Under the pieces are notes generated by a model that was given only the letters and a program-made list of their open reading frames with translations, was not told the origin of the DNA and ran no database searches. The translations under genes and the position numbers were made by a program. DNA of 64,000 bases, taken from NCBI RefSeq assembly GCF_964194155.1, contig NC_135899.1:10788001-10852000 (forward strand). The letters are read 5' to 3'. Numbering within the stretch: the first letter of the stretch is position 1; every line of letters begins with the position of its first letter. Shown piece after piece: positions 39,000 through 52,198 of this stretch. The stretch is from Cetorhinus maximus (taxonomy: Eukaryota).

Positions 39000-40400
39000 C
39001 TGTGGACCAACACTCATGTCAGTCCAGAATGAACTGTGACAGGTAACACTCAAATCAGCACAGTGTGGGACCAGGACAGGTACACTCACCTCGGTCCACA
39101 GTGAGTCAGACAGGTAACATTCACCTCAGACTACAGTGAGACCAGAAGAGGTAATAATCACCTCAGTCCACAGTGAAACTGGGACAGGTAACACTCAACT
39201 CAGACCAGTGTGAGACCAGGACAGGTACACTCAACTCAGTCCACAGTGAGAAAAGGACAGGTAACACTCAGTCCACAGTGCGATTGGGACAGCTAATATT
39301 CACCTCAGACAACAGTGAGACCAGGACAGATAACACTCACCTCAGTCCACAGTGAGACTGGGACAGATAACACTCACCTCAGTCCACAGTGAGATCAGAC
39401 AGGTAACACTCACCTCAGTCCACAGTGAGACTGCAACAGGTAACACTCACCTCAGTCCACAGTGAGACCAGGACAGGTAACATTCACCTCATTCCACAGT
39501 GACACCGGGACAGATAACACTCACCTCAGTCCACAGTGAGATCAGACAGGTAACACTCACCTCAGTCCACAGTGAGACTGCAACAGGTAACACTCACCTC
39601 AGTCCACAGTGAGACCAGGACAGGTAACACTCACCTCAGCCCACAGTGAGACTGCAACAGGTAACGCTCACCTCAGCCCACAGTGAGATCAGACAGGTAA
39701 CACTCACCCCAGTCCACAGTGAGACCAGAACAGATAACATTCACCTCAGTCCACAGTGAGACCAGAACAGGTAACACTCACCTCAGCCCACAGTGAGACT
39801 GCAACAGGTAACACTCACCTCAGTCCACAGTGAGATCAGACAGGTAACACCCACCCCAGTCCACAGTGAGACCAGGACAGGTAACATTCACCTCATTCCA
39901 CAGTGACACCGGGACGGATAACACTCACCTCAGTCAAAAGTGAGAATAGACAGGCAACACTCACCTCAGTCAAAAGTGAGAATAGACAGGCAACACTCAC
40001 CTCAGTCTACAGTGATATAGGGACAGGTAACACTCACCTCAGTCCACAGTGAGATTGGGACGGGTAACACTCACCTCAGTCCACAGTGAGACTGGGACAG
40101 GTAACACTCACCTCAGTCCACAGTGAGACTGGGACAGGTAACACTCACCTCCGTCCACAGTGAAACCGGGACAAGTAACACTCACCTCAGTCCACAGTGA
40201 GACTAGGACAGGTAACACTCACCTCAGTCCAAAGTGAGATTGGGACAGGTAACGCTCACCTCAGTCCACAGTGAAACTGGGACAGGTAACATTCACCTCA
40301 ATCTACAATGAGCCTAGGACAGATAACACTCACCTTAGTCCATGGTGAGAATCGGATAGATAACGCTCACCTCAGTCCACTGTGAGATTGTGTCAGGCAA
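39000..40400. repeat. 37-bp minisatellite (acaggtaacactcacctcagtccacagtgagactggg), roughly 35-38 copies
   Basis: Period measured from 40081 to 40118. Confidence 0.95.
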
Positions 40401-40697
40401 TGCCTCAGATTCTCTGATCTTTGACATCGGTTTGTCTTTTCTCACCTTTGTTATTCCCAGTGTAAATGAGATCCAGACCCTTGCATGTCTTGGGAACAGA
40501 TCACGTGTATAGGTTCTCTGATCAGCCTCAGTCTATTCCCAGCTGTTCCGTTCTCATATCCACCCAGCCAACTCATCCTGAGCTGTCAAGTGCTTATCTT
40601 AACTTCATGCCCCGATAGTATTAATAAGATTTCAGCATGTTCATTCAAGGCCACCTGTTCTTCATCTTATTTCCTTTTCTCTCCTCACAACCCTTAG

Positions 40698-40781
40698 GAC
40701 ACAGGTTGCCAAGGAGGAATTAAAGTTTAGATGGAGGAAACATAATGTCCGCTCAGAGCTTCTATCCTGGTTCAATTCCAG
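40698..40781 (+). CDS. A3GALT2: GT6 stem exon (84 nt, phase 2/2)
   Basis: Long pyrimidine tract plus ttag|; TQVAKEELKFRWRKHNVRSELLSWFNS (cf. LSDWFNP stem motif of alpha-1,3-GalT); ag|gtatgt donor; in frame with both neighbours. Confidence 0.8.
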
Positions 40782-40859
40782 GTATGTCATGGATTGTATT
40801 CCTAATCTACTGCCCACTATAGAATAATGCACAACATAGCAAGTCTCTGTCATGAACAA

Positions 40860-41880
40860 ATCCAGACAAACACATGTAATGTTCCCCAGGAGTCAGTGTT
40901 GGGTCTCTTGCTCTTCCTAATATATATTAAGGACCTGGACCTTGGTGTACAAGGCACAATTTCAAATTTTTTGGATGATACAGAACTTGGAAGCATTGTG
41001 AACTGTGGGGAGGATAGTATTGAACTTCAAAAGGACATAGACAAGTTGGAATGGGCTGACAAGTGACAGATGAAGTTCAATCCGGAAAACTATGAAGTGA
41101 CCCATTTTGGCAGGAAGAGCATGGAGAGACAATATAAAATAAAGGATGCGATTGTAAGGGGGCTGCAGAAGCAGAGGAACCTGGACGTATATGTACCTAA
41201 GTCACTGAAGGTGGCAGCACAGGTTGAGAGAGTAGTTAATAAAGCATACAGTATCCTAAGCTTTATTAATAGGGGCAGAGAGTACAAGAGCAAGGGGGCT
41301 ATATTGAAATTGTATAAGACACTAGTTCAGCCTCAACTGTAATATTGCATCCCGTTCTGGGCACAGCACTTTAGGAAAGTTATGAAGGCACTAGAGAGAG
41401 TGCAGGAAAGTTTCAAGAGAATAGTTCCAGGGGTGAGGAACTTCAGCTGTGAAGTTAGATTGGAGAATCTGGGGCGGTTTAACTCGGAGAAGAGAAGGTT
41501 GAGAAGAGATTTGATGGAGGTATTCAAAACCATGGGAGGTCTGGACAGAGTAGATGGGAAAAGACTGTTTCCCTTGTGAAACGATTGAGAACCAGAGGGC
41601 ACAGGGTTGAAATAAGTGGTAATAGAAGCCAAAGGGACTTGAGAGAAAGCAATTTCACGTAATAAGTGGTTGGGTTCTGGAATGCGCTGCCTGAAAGTGT
41701 GGTGGTTTTGAGGCATTCAAAAGGGAATTAGACTGTTACCTGAAAAGGAAAAATTACAGGGTTACGGGGAGAAGGAGTGGGAATTAGACCAGGTAAATTA
41801 CTCATTGGGAAGGCCAGTGCAGACTGACAGGCTGAATGGCCTCCTTCTGCACCATAATAATTCAGTGATTCTGTGTTTCT
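40860..41880 (+). mobile_element. CR1 LINE 3' portion
   Basis: VPQESVLGLLLFLIYIKDLD, ISNFLDDT, KALERVQ, plus 3'UTR. Confidence 0.9.
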
Positions 41881-42114
41881 TAAATATTAAGCAAGTGAAG
41901 GGAAGTGATATGAATGATTTAGGAAAGGAGGGGGGAATCAAAGGAGTTCCAAGCAGATCCAGGGACCTCCAACTTGCTGAAGCCTGAGACTGAAAGACAT
42001 CATCCATTCGCCTCTTAATTGGAAGGGTATGGTAGATTCCCAACTTGTTGCACAAACATAAAACTGTCTGTGTTAATCAGCTGCCCATTGTAGAGATCAC
42101 TCAATATTAATGCC

Positions 42115-42545
42115 ATCTTTCACCTCTGTGTCTTGGGTTCGAGTCCCAGCCCAGGACTTAGCACAGAATCCAGGCTAACACTCCCAGTGCAGTACTGAGG
42201 GAGTGCTGCACTGTTGGAGGTGCCACCTTTGGATGAAATTTTAAACTGGTCCTCCACCTGCTCTCTCAGGTAGACATAAAAGACCCCATGGCATTTATTA
42301 GAAGCAGTGTAGCAGAGTTTCCCCCAGGGTCTTAGCCAATATTTATCTCTCAATCTACATCACTGAAAATGAATTATGTGCAATATGTCAAATGGCTGCT
42401 TGCGAGATCTTGTTGTGCAGAATTTGGCTGCTGGGCTTCCTACACTACAACAGTAACTACAGTTCAGAAGTATTCCATTGGCTATGAAGTGCTTTGGGAC
42501 CTCTTAAGTTCAAGAAAGGTGATATATAAATGTAAATCTTTTTAT
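42115..42545 (+). mobile_element. DeuSINE-type (SacSINE1-like) SINE
   Basis: B-box gggttcgagtccc, cagtgcagtactgagggagtgctgcactgttggaggtgcc body, L2-like tail gaaaggtgatatataaatgtaaatctt; partial copies at ~37860-38070, 38350-38520 and 46520-46625. Confidence 0.75.
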
Positions 42546-42719
42546 CCCCTCACTTGCATTGAAATCCATGCTTAAGTTCCATTAGTATCAGTGGTAATGA
42601 ACATTAGATCTTTCTATAACTGTTAGCAGCACTTACTTTATGCAGGGATGGCAAATTCAAAATCCACTCTAAGTGACCTGAGTGTGATGTCTATTTATTA
42701 GAAAGCTTTATGCAAAATA

Positions 42720-44360
42720 TATGAACTCCATTAGGGAAGGAATCCTGGTTAATATAGTTGAGGCTCATAGAATAGAAAGGTCAGTGACAACTTGTATAAC
42801 AAATGGGTTTAAAGATAGAAAACGAGTTGTGGTAAGTGGTTATTTTTCAGACTGGAGGGTGGGAGACAGTCGTGTTCCCCAAGGGTCATTGCTAAGAACA
42901 CTGCTTTTTTGATATGTATCAAAGTATATATAAATGACTTGGATTTTGGAATATTGAGTAACATTTCAAAACTTGCCAATGAGACAAGGCACAAGTCAGG
43001 AGTGCAATGGAATTCTCTCCAATTGCCTGGAAGAGTGCAGCTCCAACAACACTCAAGAAGCTCAAAATCATCTAGGACAAAGCAATCCACTTGATTGGCA
43101 CCCAATCCACCAACTTAAACATTTACTCCCTCCACCACTGAAGCACAGTGGCAGCAGTGTGTACCAGCTACAAGATGTACTGCAGCAACTCATCAAGCCT
43201 TAGACAGTACTTTCCAAACCTGTGACCTCTACTACCTAGAAGGACAAGGGCAGGAGATGCACGGGGACACAACCACCTGAAAGTTCCCCTCCAAGCCACT
43301 CACCATCCTAACTTCACTGTCGCTGGGTCAAAATCCTGGAACTGTCTTCTTAACAGCACTGTTGGTGTACCAACGCTACATGGACTTCAGCGGTTCAAGA
43401 AAGTGGATCACCACCACCTTCTCAAGGGCATTTAGGGATGGGCAACAAATGCTGGGCTAGCCAGCGACACCCATATCCCGTGAAAGAATAAATTTAAAAA
43501 TATAAAATTTGGAGGTGTGACAAACAATGAGGATGATGCAAATCAACTGCAACAGGACATAGATAGGCTAGCAGAATGGACAGACAAGTGGCAGATGGAA
43601 TTTAATATAGAGCAATGTGAGGTGATGCATTTTGGCGGGAGGGATAGGGAAAGGCAGTATAGACTTAATGGCACAGTTCTAAAGAGTGTGCAGGGAGTGG
43701 GAGACCTGGAGGTCCACGTATACAGATCCTTGAAGGCGGCAGAGTAGTTAGTAAAGCATACAGCATCTTGGGCTTTGAAAGTAGAGGTATTGAAAAAAGG
43801 GGAAGTTTTGATGAAGCTTTTTAAAACTCTAGTCAGGCCAGGACTAGAATATTGTGCCCAGTTCTGGTCACCACACTTTAGGAAGAATGTGAGGATCCTT
43901 GAGAGGGTGCAGAGGAGATTTACCTGAATGGTTCAAGGGATGGGGGCTGTTGTTTACAAGGTTAAGTTGGAGAAGCCAGGATTGTTCTCCTTGGAGCAAA
44001 GAAAATTGAGGGGAGATTTGAACAATGTGTACAAGAATAAGACAGGTTTAGATAAGGCAGACAAAGAAAGGCTGTTCCCATTAGCTGATGTAAAGACAAG
44101 ATGTAAAGTTTTGGGAAAAAGTTGCAGTGGGTGATTTGAGGAAGAATTTTTTTTACGTAGCGAGGGGTAAAGCCCTGGAACTCGGTGACTACAATGATGA
44201 TTGATTTCAAATGGAAATTGGATGGACATTTAAGGAAAATAGACTTGCAGAGCTATGGGATAGAGCGAGGGGATGTGACTGACAGGATTGCCTCATGGAG
44301 AGCCAGAAAGGACTTGATGGGCCGAATGGGTCATCATGTCTCTGTAACACTCTGACTATT
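42720..44360 (+). mobile_element. CR1 LINE interrupted by the 3' end (~42985-43495) of the APE-RT LINE family
   Basis: CR1 ..ISKLANET breaks into acaaggcacaagtcagg..gaataaa and resumes at aaaatttggaggtg..QLQQDIDRLAEWTDKWQMEFN. Confidence 0.85.
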
Positions 44361-44589
44361 TTCCTCAGGCTTCAATAAGCTATCGATAAAGTCTAACTTA
44401 CAGAAATGGCACCTTTCTCAGTCACATAGCCATGTGCTTCCACGTTCTAACTCATAAGTCAAGACCACAGCAAGTGCACCCTTTGGTCACTGCTTAGAGA
44501 TCAGAAGTAGGAACGCTGACTGACTTTTTTTCAAATTTTGCTTTTGCCCAGCCCAAGAGGCAATTATTGGGCAATTGTAGCATGCTGAT

Positions 44590-46150
44590 AACCTGCCCGA
44601 ATCTCATCAGGTAAACGTTCACATTCCGATAGTCTGCCCAAGTCCCATCAGGTAAACTGTTAACATCCCGATAGCCTGCTGAATCCCATCAGGTAAACTG
44701 TTCACATCCCAATAGCCTGCCCGAATCCCATCAGGTAAACTGTTCACATCCCAATAGCCTGCCCAAATGCCATCAGGTAAATTGTTCACATCCCGATAGC
44801 CTGCCCAAATGCCATCAGGTAAATTGTTCACATCCCGATAGCCTGCCCAAATCCCATCAGGTAAATTGTTCACATCCCGATAGCCTGCCCAAATCCCATC
44901 AGGTAAATTGTTCACATCCCGATAGCCTGCCCGAATCCCGTCAGGTAAATTGTTCACATCCCAATAGCCTGCCCAAATCCCATCAGGTAAATTGTTCACA
45001 TCCCGATAGCCTGCCCGAATCCCGTCAGGTAAATTGTTCACATCCCAATAGCCTGCCCAAATCCCATCAGGTAAATTGTTCACATCCCGATAGCCTGCCC
45101 GAATCCCGTCAGGTAAACTGTTCACATCCCAATAGCCTGCCCAAATGCCATCAGGTAAATTGTTCACATCCTGATGGCCTTCCCGAATCCAATCAGGTAA
45201 ACTGTTCACATTCAGATAGCCTTCCTGAATCCCGTCAGTTAAATATTCACATCCCGATAGCCTACCCGAATCCCGTCAGGTAAATATTCACATCCCGATA
45301 GCCTACCCGAATCCCGTCAGGTGAATGTTCACATCCCGATAGTCTGCCCGAATTCCGTCAGGTAAATATTCACATCCCGATAGCCTGTCTGAATCCCGTC
45401 AGGTAAATATTCACATCCCGATAGCCTACCCGAATCCCGTCAGGTAAATATTCACATCCCGATAGTCTGCCTGAATCCCGTCAGGTGAATGTTCACATCC
45501 CGATAGTCTGCCCGAATTCCGTCAGGTAAATATTCACATCCCGATAGCCTGTCTGAATCCGGTCAGGTAAATATTCACATCCCGATAGCCTGCCCGAATC
45601 CTGTCAGGTAAATATTCACATCCCGATAGTCTGCCTGAATCCCGTCAGCTGAATGTTCACATCCCGATAGTCTGCCCGAATCCTGTCAGGTAAATGTTAA
45701 TATCCCGATAGCCTGCCCGAATCCCGTCAGGTAAATGTTAATATCCCGATAGCCTGCCCGAATCCTGTCAGGTAAATGTTAATATCCCGATAGCCTGCCC
45801 GAATCCTGTCAGGTAAATGTTAATATCCCGATAGCCTGCCCGAATCCTGTCAGCTGAATGTTCACATCCCGATAGCCTGCCCAAATCCCATCAGGTAAAT
45901 TGTTCACATCCCGATAGCCTGCCCGAATCCCGTCAGGTGAATGTTAACATCCCGATAGCCTGCCCGAATCCCGTCAAGTAAATGTTAACATCCCGATAGC
46001 CTGCCCGAATCCTGTCAGGTAAATATTCACATCCCAATAGCCTTCCTGAATCCTTTCAGGTGAATGTTAACATCCCGATAGCCTGCCCGAATCCTGTCAG
46101 GTAAATATTCACATCCCGATAGCCTGCCCGAATCTCATCAGGTATGTTCA
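44590..46150. repeat. 42-bp CpG-rich minisatellite (cacatcccgatagcctgcccgaatcccgtcaggtaaattgtt), roughly 37 copies
   Basis: Period measured from 44821 to 44863. Confidence 0.95.
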
Positions 46151-46949
46151 CATTGCTGCACTCGGTAACTCCCCAAGCCTTACCTCACCTTTGAGCTAAG
46201 ATTATTTCGCACACATAGAATTTACAACACAGAAACTGGCCATCAGCCATAATGATGCACATGAGTCTCCTCCCACCCTACCTCATTGTACACCCATCAA
46301 CATATGCTTCTATTCTTTTCTCCATCATGTGTTTATCTACCTTTCTCTTAAATGCATCTATGGTATTCACCTCATGCACTCCCTGTGGTGGTGGTGGTGG
46401 TGGGGTGGGCCGGTGTGGGGGGCAGTGGGTTCCACATTTCTACCACTCTCTGGGTAAAAAAAGTTTCTCCTGAACTCCCTATTGGAATTAATAGTGACTA
46501 GCTTGTATGCATGAAAGCTGTGGGTCAGTGGGTAGCACACTTGCGTCTAAGGTTCTGGGTTCAACTCCCATTCCATGGCTTGAGCACAAAAATCAAGGTC
46601 AAAACTAGAGTGCAGCACTGAGAGAGTATTCCAGAGACCCAGGATAATATTCTGGGGACCTGGGTTCAATTCCCACCCTACCAGATGGTGAAATTTGAAT
46701 CCAATAAAAATCTAGAATTGAAATTCAAATGATGACCACAAAGCCATTGCTGATTGTCATAAAAACCCATCTGGTTCACTAGGAAATCTGCCATCCATAC
46801 TTGGTCTGGCCTACATGTGACTCCAGATCCACAGCAATGTGGTTGACCCTGAACAAGGGTATTAGGGATGAGCAATAAATGCTGGCCTAGCCAGTGACGC
46901 CCACAGCCCATGAATGAATAAAAAAAGATATGCAGTCCAGAAGCATGTC

Positions 46950-49900
46950 ATTCAGAGCAACCTGTCCATGCTAATGTTTATGTTCCACTCAAGCCTCCTT
47001 CCTTTCCCAATATGTATTCCCATGTATTTATGATATGATCCTTGCCAATCTCTGCATCCTCTCCAGTGCTTCTATATCCCTACAATATGATGGCCAGAAC
47101 AGCACACAGAAGTCTAAATGTGGTCTAACCAAAATTCATACAGGTTTAGTGCAATTTCCCAACTTTTCAATTCTATCCTCTAGAAGTAAAACCTGTTTTG
47201 CTTCAGTTATGGCTTTGCTCAGCTATAGTGTAAGTTTTAATTATTGGTGTGTTTGTATGCTTTCTTCCTCTACCCCACCTAGACTTGCACCTCCTGAGAA
47301 ATATTTTTCTTACCAAAAGGTACTACCACACATTTAACTGTTTTGAACTTCATTTGTCAATTATTTTCCCATTCTGCAAGTTTATTAATGTTCTCCTGTA
47401 TTTTGTTGCAGACCTCCTCAGTATTAACTATCTCTGCCCAATTGGTGTCATCTACAAATTTATAAACTCTGTTTTGGATTCCAAAGTCCAAATCGTTAAC
47501 GTAAATTGTGAACAGTAGTGGTCCCAGCACTGATCCTCGTGGAACATCACTTCCCACCTTCTGCCACTCTGATTAACTACCTTTTACTCCCACTCTCTGC
47601 TTTCTGTGTTGAAGCCAGCTAGCAATCCACATTCTGCCGCTTATCCCCATACTCCACATTCTCTGATGTTATCCATTAATCTATTATGGGATACATTATC
47701 TAAGGACTCTTGAAAATCAAGATAAATTGTGTTTTAATTCTTTCATGGGATGTTGGCATTGGTGGCTAGGCCAGCATTTTTATTGCCCAATTCTAATTCC
47801 CCTGCAGATGGTGGAGTTGCCTCCTTGAACCGTTGCAGTCCATGTGGCGTAGGTACATCCACAGTGCGGTTAGGGAGGCAGTTCCAGGATTTTGACCCAG
47901 TGACAGTCAAGAAACGGTGATATACTTCCGAGTTAGGACAGTGTGTGGTTTAGAGAGGAACTTGCAGATGGTGGTGTTCCCATGGATCTACCGCCCTTGT
48001 CTTTCTAGGTGATAGAGGTCACGGGTTTTGAAGGAGCCTTGATGAGTTCCTGCAATGCACCTCCTAATAGTACACAATGCTGCCACTGTGCGATGTTGAC
48101 GGAGGGAGTGGATGTTGGAGGTAGTGGATAGGGTGCCATTCAAACGGGCTGCTTTGTCCTGAATGCTGTCAAGCTTCTTGAGTGTTGTGGGAGCTGCACT
48201 CATCCAGGCAAGCAGAGAGTATTCCATTAAACTCCTGACTTGTACCTTTGTAGATGGTGGACAGGCTTTGGGGAGTCAGGAGCTGAGTTACTCTCTGCAG
48301 AATTCGCAGCCTCAGACCTGCTCTTGTAAATAATTGTATTTATATGGCTGGTCCATTTTAAATTCTGATCAATGGTAACCCCCCAGGATGTTCTTAGTGA
48401 GGGACTCAGCAAAGATAATGCCAGTGAATCAGTCAAGGGGAGAATACTGCATTCTTTCTCATGGATTCGCTCATGCCCTGCTCATAGGACACTCTCCAAA
48501 AATTCAGTCTAGTGAACATTCCTTGCACCTCCTCTAAAGAAAGTATATATTTCTTTAGGTGAGGACTCCAAAACTGTACACTGTCCTCCAGGTGTGGTTT
48601 CAGCAAGGTCCTATAATGTTGCTGACAGTATTCTTTATTTTTATACTCCCAACCTTTTCAAATAGAAACAAGACAAGAGTTACCAGGCTTTGGGGAGTCA
48701 GGAGCTGAGTTGCTCACTGCAGAATTCCCAGCCTCTGACATGGTCTTGTAGCCACAGTATTTATATGGCTAGTCCAGTTCAATTTCTGGTCAATGATAAC
48801 CCCCAGGATGTTGATAGTGAGTGATCCAGTGATGGTAATGCCATTGAATGTCATGGGGAAATGGTTAGATTCCCTCCTGTTGGAGATGGTCAGTGTCTGA
48901 CACTTGTGTGGTGTATGTGTTACTTGCCACTTGTCAGCTCAAGCCTGGATATTGTCCAGGTCTTGCTGCATTTGGACATGGACTGCTTCAGTATCTGAGG
49001 AACCACGACTGGTGCTGAACATTGTGCAAACATCATCGAACATCCCCATTTCAGACATTATGATGGAGAGAAGCTTATTGATGAAGCATCCAAAGATGGT
49101 TGAGCTTAGGATGCTACCCTGAGGAACTCCTGCAGTGATGTCCTGAGGCTGCGATGATTGATGCCCAACAACCACACCATCTTCCTTTGTGCTCAGTCTG
49201 GCTCCAACCAGTGAAGAGCTTTCCAGTTTTGCTAGGGCTCCTTGATGCTATACTCGGTCAAATGAGGCCATGGGGCAGGGGGAGGGAGCTGTGGTGGCGG
49301 AAAGAAATGGTTAGAAAAACAGCAGATTTCCTTCCCTAAAGGATATTAGTGAACCTGATGGGTTTTTACAACAATTGACAATGGTACTGAGAGTAGTTTT
49401 TTAAGTCCAGATTTATTAACTGAATTTAAATTCCACCAGCTGCTGTGCTGGGATTCGAACCTAAGTCTCCAGAGCATTAGCCTGGGCCTTTGGATTACTC
49501 ATCTGGTAACATTTGTACTCTGCCACCACCTTCCCCTATTATTATATAATTACAGCTACTGCATAATTGTCTACTTTCTCTGTTACCTCCTCAAAAAAAA
49601 ATCAATAAGATTGGTCAAGCGAGCTTTTCTCTTTTGAAATTCATGCTGGCAATTCACTATTACATTTCTCATTTCTTTCCTTTTTTAAGGATTACTATTA
49701 CATTGTTTTTCAGAATTACATTAACAATCTGCCAGTCCTTTGGCACTACACATTTTCTAAAGAATTATTAAATGTGAGCAATAATGTCTCTGCTATCTCT
49801 TCCCTAAATTCTTTTAAAATTTGTGGATACGGTCCATCCAGACCAGGGGTTTTATCCTCCTTGAGTTTGTTTAGTTAATTCAATACACCCCCTTTTTATT

Positions 49901-51100
49901 TTAAATTCACTTACCCCATTTTTAAAAATTGATCCATTCATGGGACCTGGGCATCGCTAGATAGGCCAGCATTTATTGTCCATCCCTAATTGCCCTTGAG
50001 AAGGTGGTGGTGAGCTGCTTTCTTAAACCACTGCAGTCCATGTGATGTAGGTACAGCCACAGTGCTGTTAGGAAGGGAGCTCCAGGAATTTGACCCAGCA
50101 ACAGTGAAGGAACGAAAATATAGTTCCAAGTCAAGAGGGTGTATGGCTGACAGGGAACTTGCAGGCGGTGGTGTTCACATGCATATGCTGTCCTTGTCCT
50201 TCTAGGCGGTAGAGGTTGTGGGTTTGGCTGATGCTGTTCAAGGAGCCTTGGTAAGGTGCTGCTTTGCATCTTGTGGTTGCTACACATTGCTGCCACTGTG
50301 TGTCGGTGGTGGAGAGAGTAAATGTTGAAGGTGGTGGATGGGGTGTCCGTCAAGTGGGCTGTTTTGTCCTGGATGGCGTTGGGCTTCTTGAGTGTTGGTG
50401 GAGCTGCACTCTTCCAGGCAAGTGGAGAGTATTTCATGATACTCCTGACTTGTGCCTTGTAGATGGTGGACAAGGCTTTGGGGAGTCAGGGGGTAAGTTA
50501 CACACCGCAGGATTCCAAGCCTTTGACCTGCTCTTGTAGCCGCAGTATTTATATGACTGGCCAATTCAGTTTCTGGTCAGGATGCAGATAATGAGGGATT
50601 CAGCAATGGTAATGCCATTGAATGTCAAGGGAAGATGGTTAGATTCTCTCTTGTTGGAGATGCTCGTTGCCTTGCATCTGTGTGGTGTGAATGTTACTTG
50701 CCACTTACCAGTCCAAGCTGGAATGTTGTCCAAGTCTTGCTATATACCGCTTCAGTATCTGAGGAGTCATGAATGGTGCTAAACATTGCACAATCATCAC
50801 TGAACACCCCACTTCTGACCTTATGATGGAAGGAAGGTCATTGATGAAGCAGCTGAATGGTTGGACCTAGGACACTACCCTGAGGAACTCCTGCAGTGAT
50901 GTCCTGGAACTGAAATGATTGACCTCCAAAAACCACAACCGTCTTCCTTTGTGCTCGGTTTGACTCCAATCAGCAGTCATTGACTTCAGCCCTGATTCCC
51001 ATTGACTTCAGTTTTGCTTGGGTTCCTTAATGTCAAATACGTGCTTGATGTCAGGGGCAGTCACTCTCACCTCACCTCACCTCTTGAGTTCAGCTCTTTT
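46950..51100 (-). mobile_element. Nested minus-strand CR1 and APE-RT LINE fragments (47735-48445, 48680-49530 with tRNA-like head, 49930-51100)
   Basis: VPRGSVLGPLLFTIYVNDLD (CR1); AGVPQGSILSSTIF and STIYKAQVRSIMKYSPLAW (APE-RT family). Confidence 0.8.
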
Positions 51101-51909
51101 GCAGGGCCAACAACAAAAATCATGGGTACTTGTGCTTCTCTTGTTTCTGGGCTCCTTATTCCCCCGGACCACCCACTTCAACCCTTCCCCTCAATCATGC
51201 ATGCTATTTTTTTCTCCCTCTCAAGATTCAACGATCAATTTTCTTTTATCGAGCATGATGAGCTTGAATCATAGCCTCCATGTTTCAAATGTTTGCAATT
51301 TTTATTCATCCATTACTGACTGTCATGCGAGTGTGGCTCAGTTTTTACCACAAGTGAATGTGTCATAAGAGTCTTTTTTTTAACAAGTGTATCTAAGATA
51401 CCAATTGGACTGAAAATTGACAGAATATGAAGAGACAAACTGAAATCGGGAAATTATATTTGAAACAAAATTTAGCTTTCAAAATTTGAGGAGAAAGGAG
51501 TGACACCGGGATAAAAAAATAAGCATTGAAATAAAAGTGAATCAATTGTATCTGAAGGAAAATGCCTTTTCTGGCTTACATGACAGCAAATGAATCAATA
51601 TCATCAAAATTAATGTTTCTTGCCAATTCATTCCCAATAATTAAAATTGTTAAATCAATTAATCAACTGTCAGCAAACCAGTCCAGCATCTGTGCTGAAA
51701 TCTGCCAACCTTTGAGGGACCCTCTGATAAGCACATATTTAAATATCCGTCAAAGGAAATTGTAAAGGCTCATGGTCAACAAGATTTTGGGTCTTAATTT
51801 TTGTTGCTTTCTGTGAAGATTGCCAAAATAAGATTACCGACAAAAACACAAACACTGGGGTGTGGGAATGTTTATTGCCCATTCCTGATTGCCCTTGAGA
51901 AGTTGGTAG

Positions 51910-52165
51910 TGTCAAAGAATAAATACAGCAAATGTATACTCAGGAAAGAGTACAATTTATTAAGCGCTGAACCGTACAATGGTCATTGGGAGCAGATCAC
52001 AATGGACATAAGGTACAAGTTAAGCATAGTCAGGATTGTTAACATTTCATGTCTTCCTCCTTCTTGTCCGTGGTGGGTTTCGGTAGGCTACGGGACAACT
52101 GGCTATTTTCTTAGCTTACTTCCTATTACCTCTCTACTTCCTATCCTGTAATATTTTCTTTCTCA
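51910..52165 (-). repeat. 3' LTR (internally deleted, 256 bp)
   Basis: Matches both ends of 57408-58548 with a junction near 52005; preceded on minus by PPT aaaaggggagac (52166-52177). Confidence 0.92.
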
Positions 52166-52198
52166 GTCTCCCCTTTTGTGCTTTGTAGCACAATCCCC

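Noticed and set aside
39000-40400. CRISPR array or V(D)J RSS cluster
   Set aside because: Units are contiguous with no unique spacers, the context is eukaryotic, and there is no ACAAAAACC nonamer at 12 or 23 nt from CACAGTG.
40461-40512. Extra GT6 stem exon after ttattcccag
   Set aside because: In-frame TAG and no phase-2 donor, so it cannot be placed in the reading frame.
44619-45209. 196-aa repeat protein ORF
   Set aside because: By-product of a 42-bp period; no splice or promoter support, and stops appear in other units.
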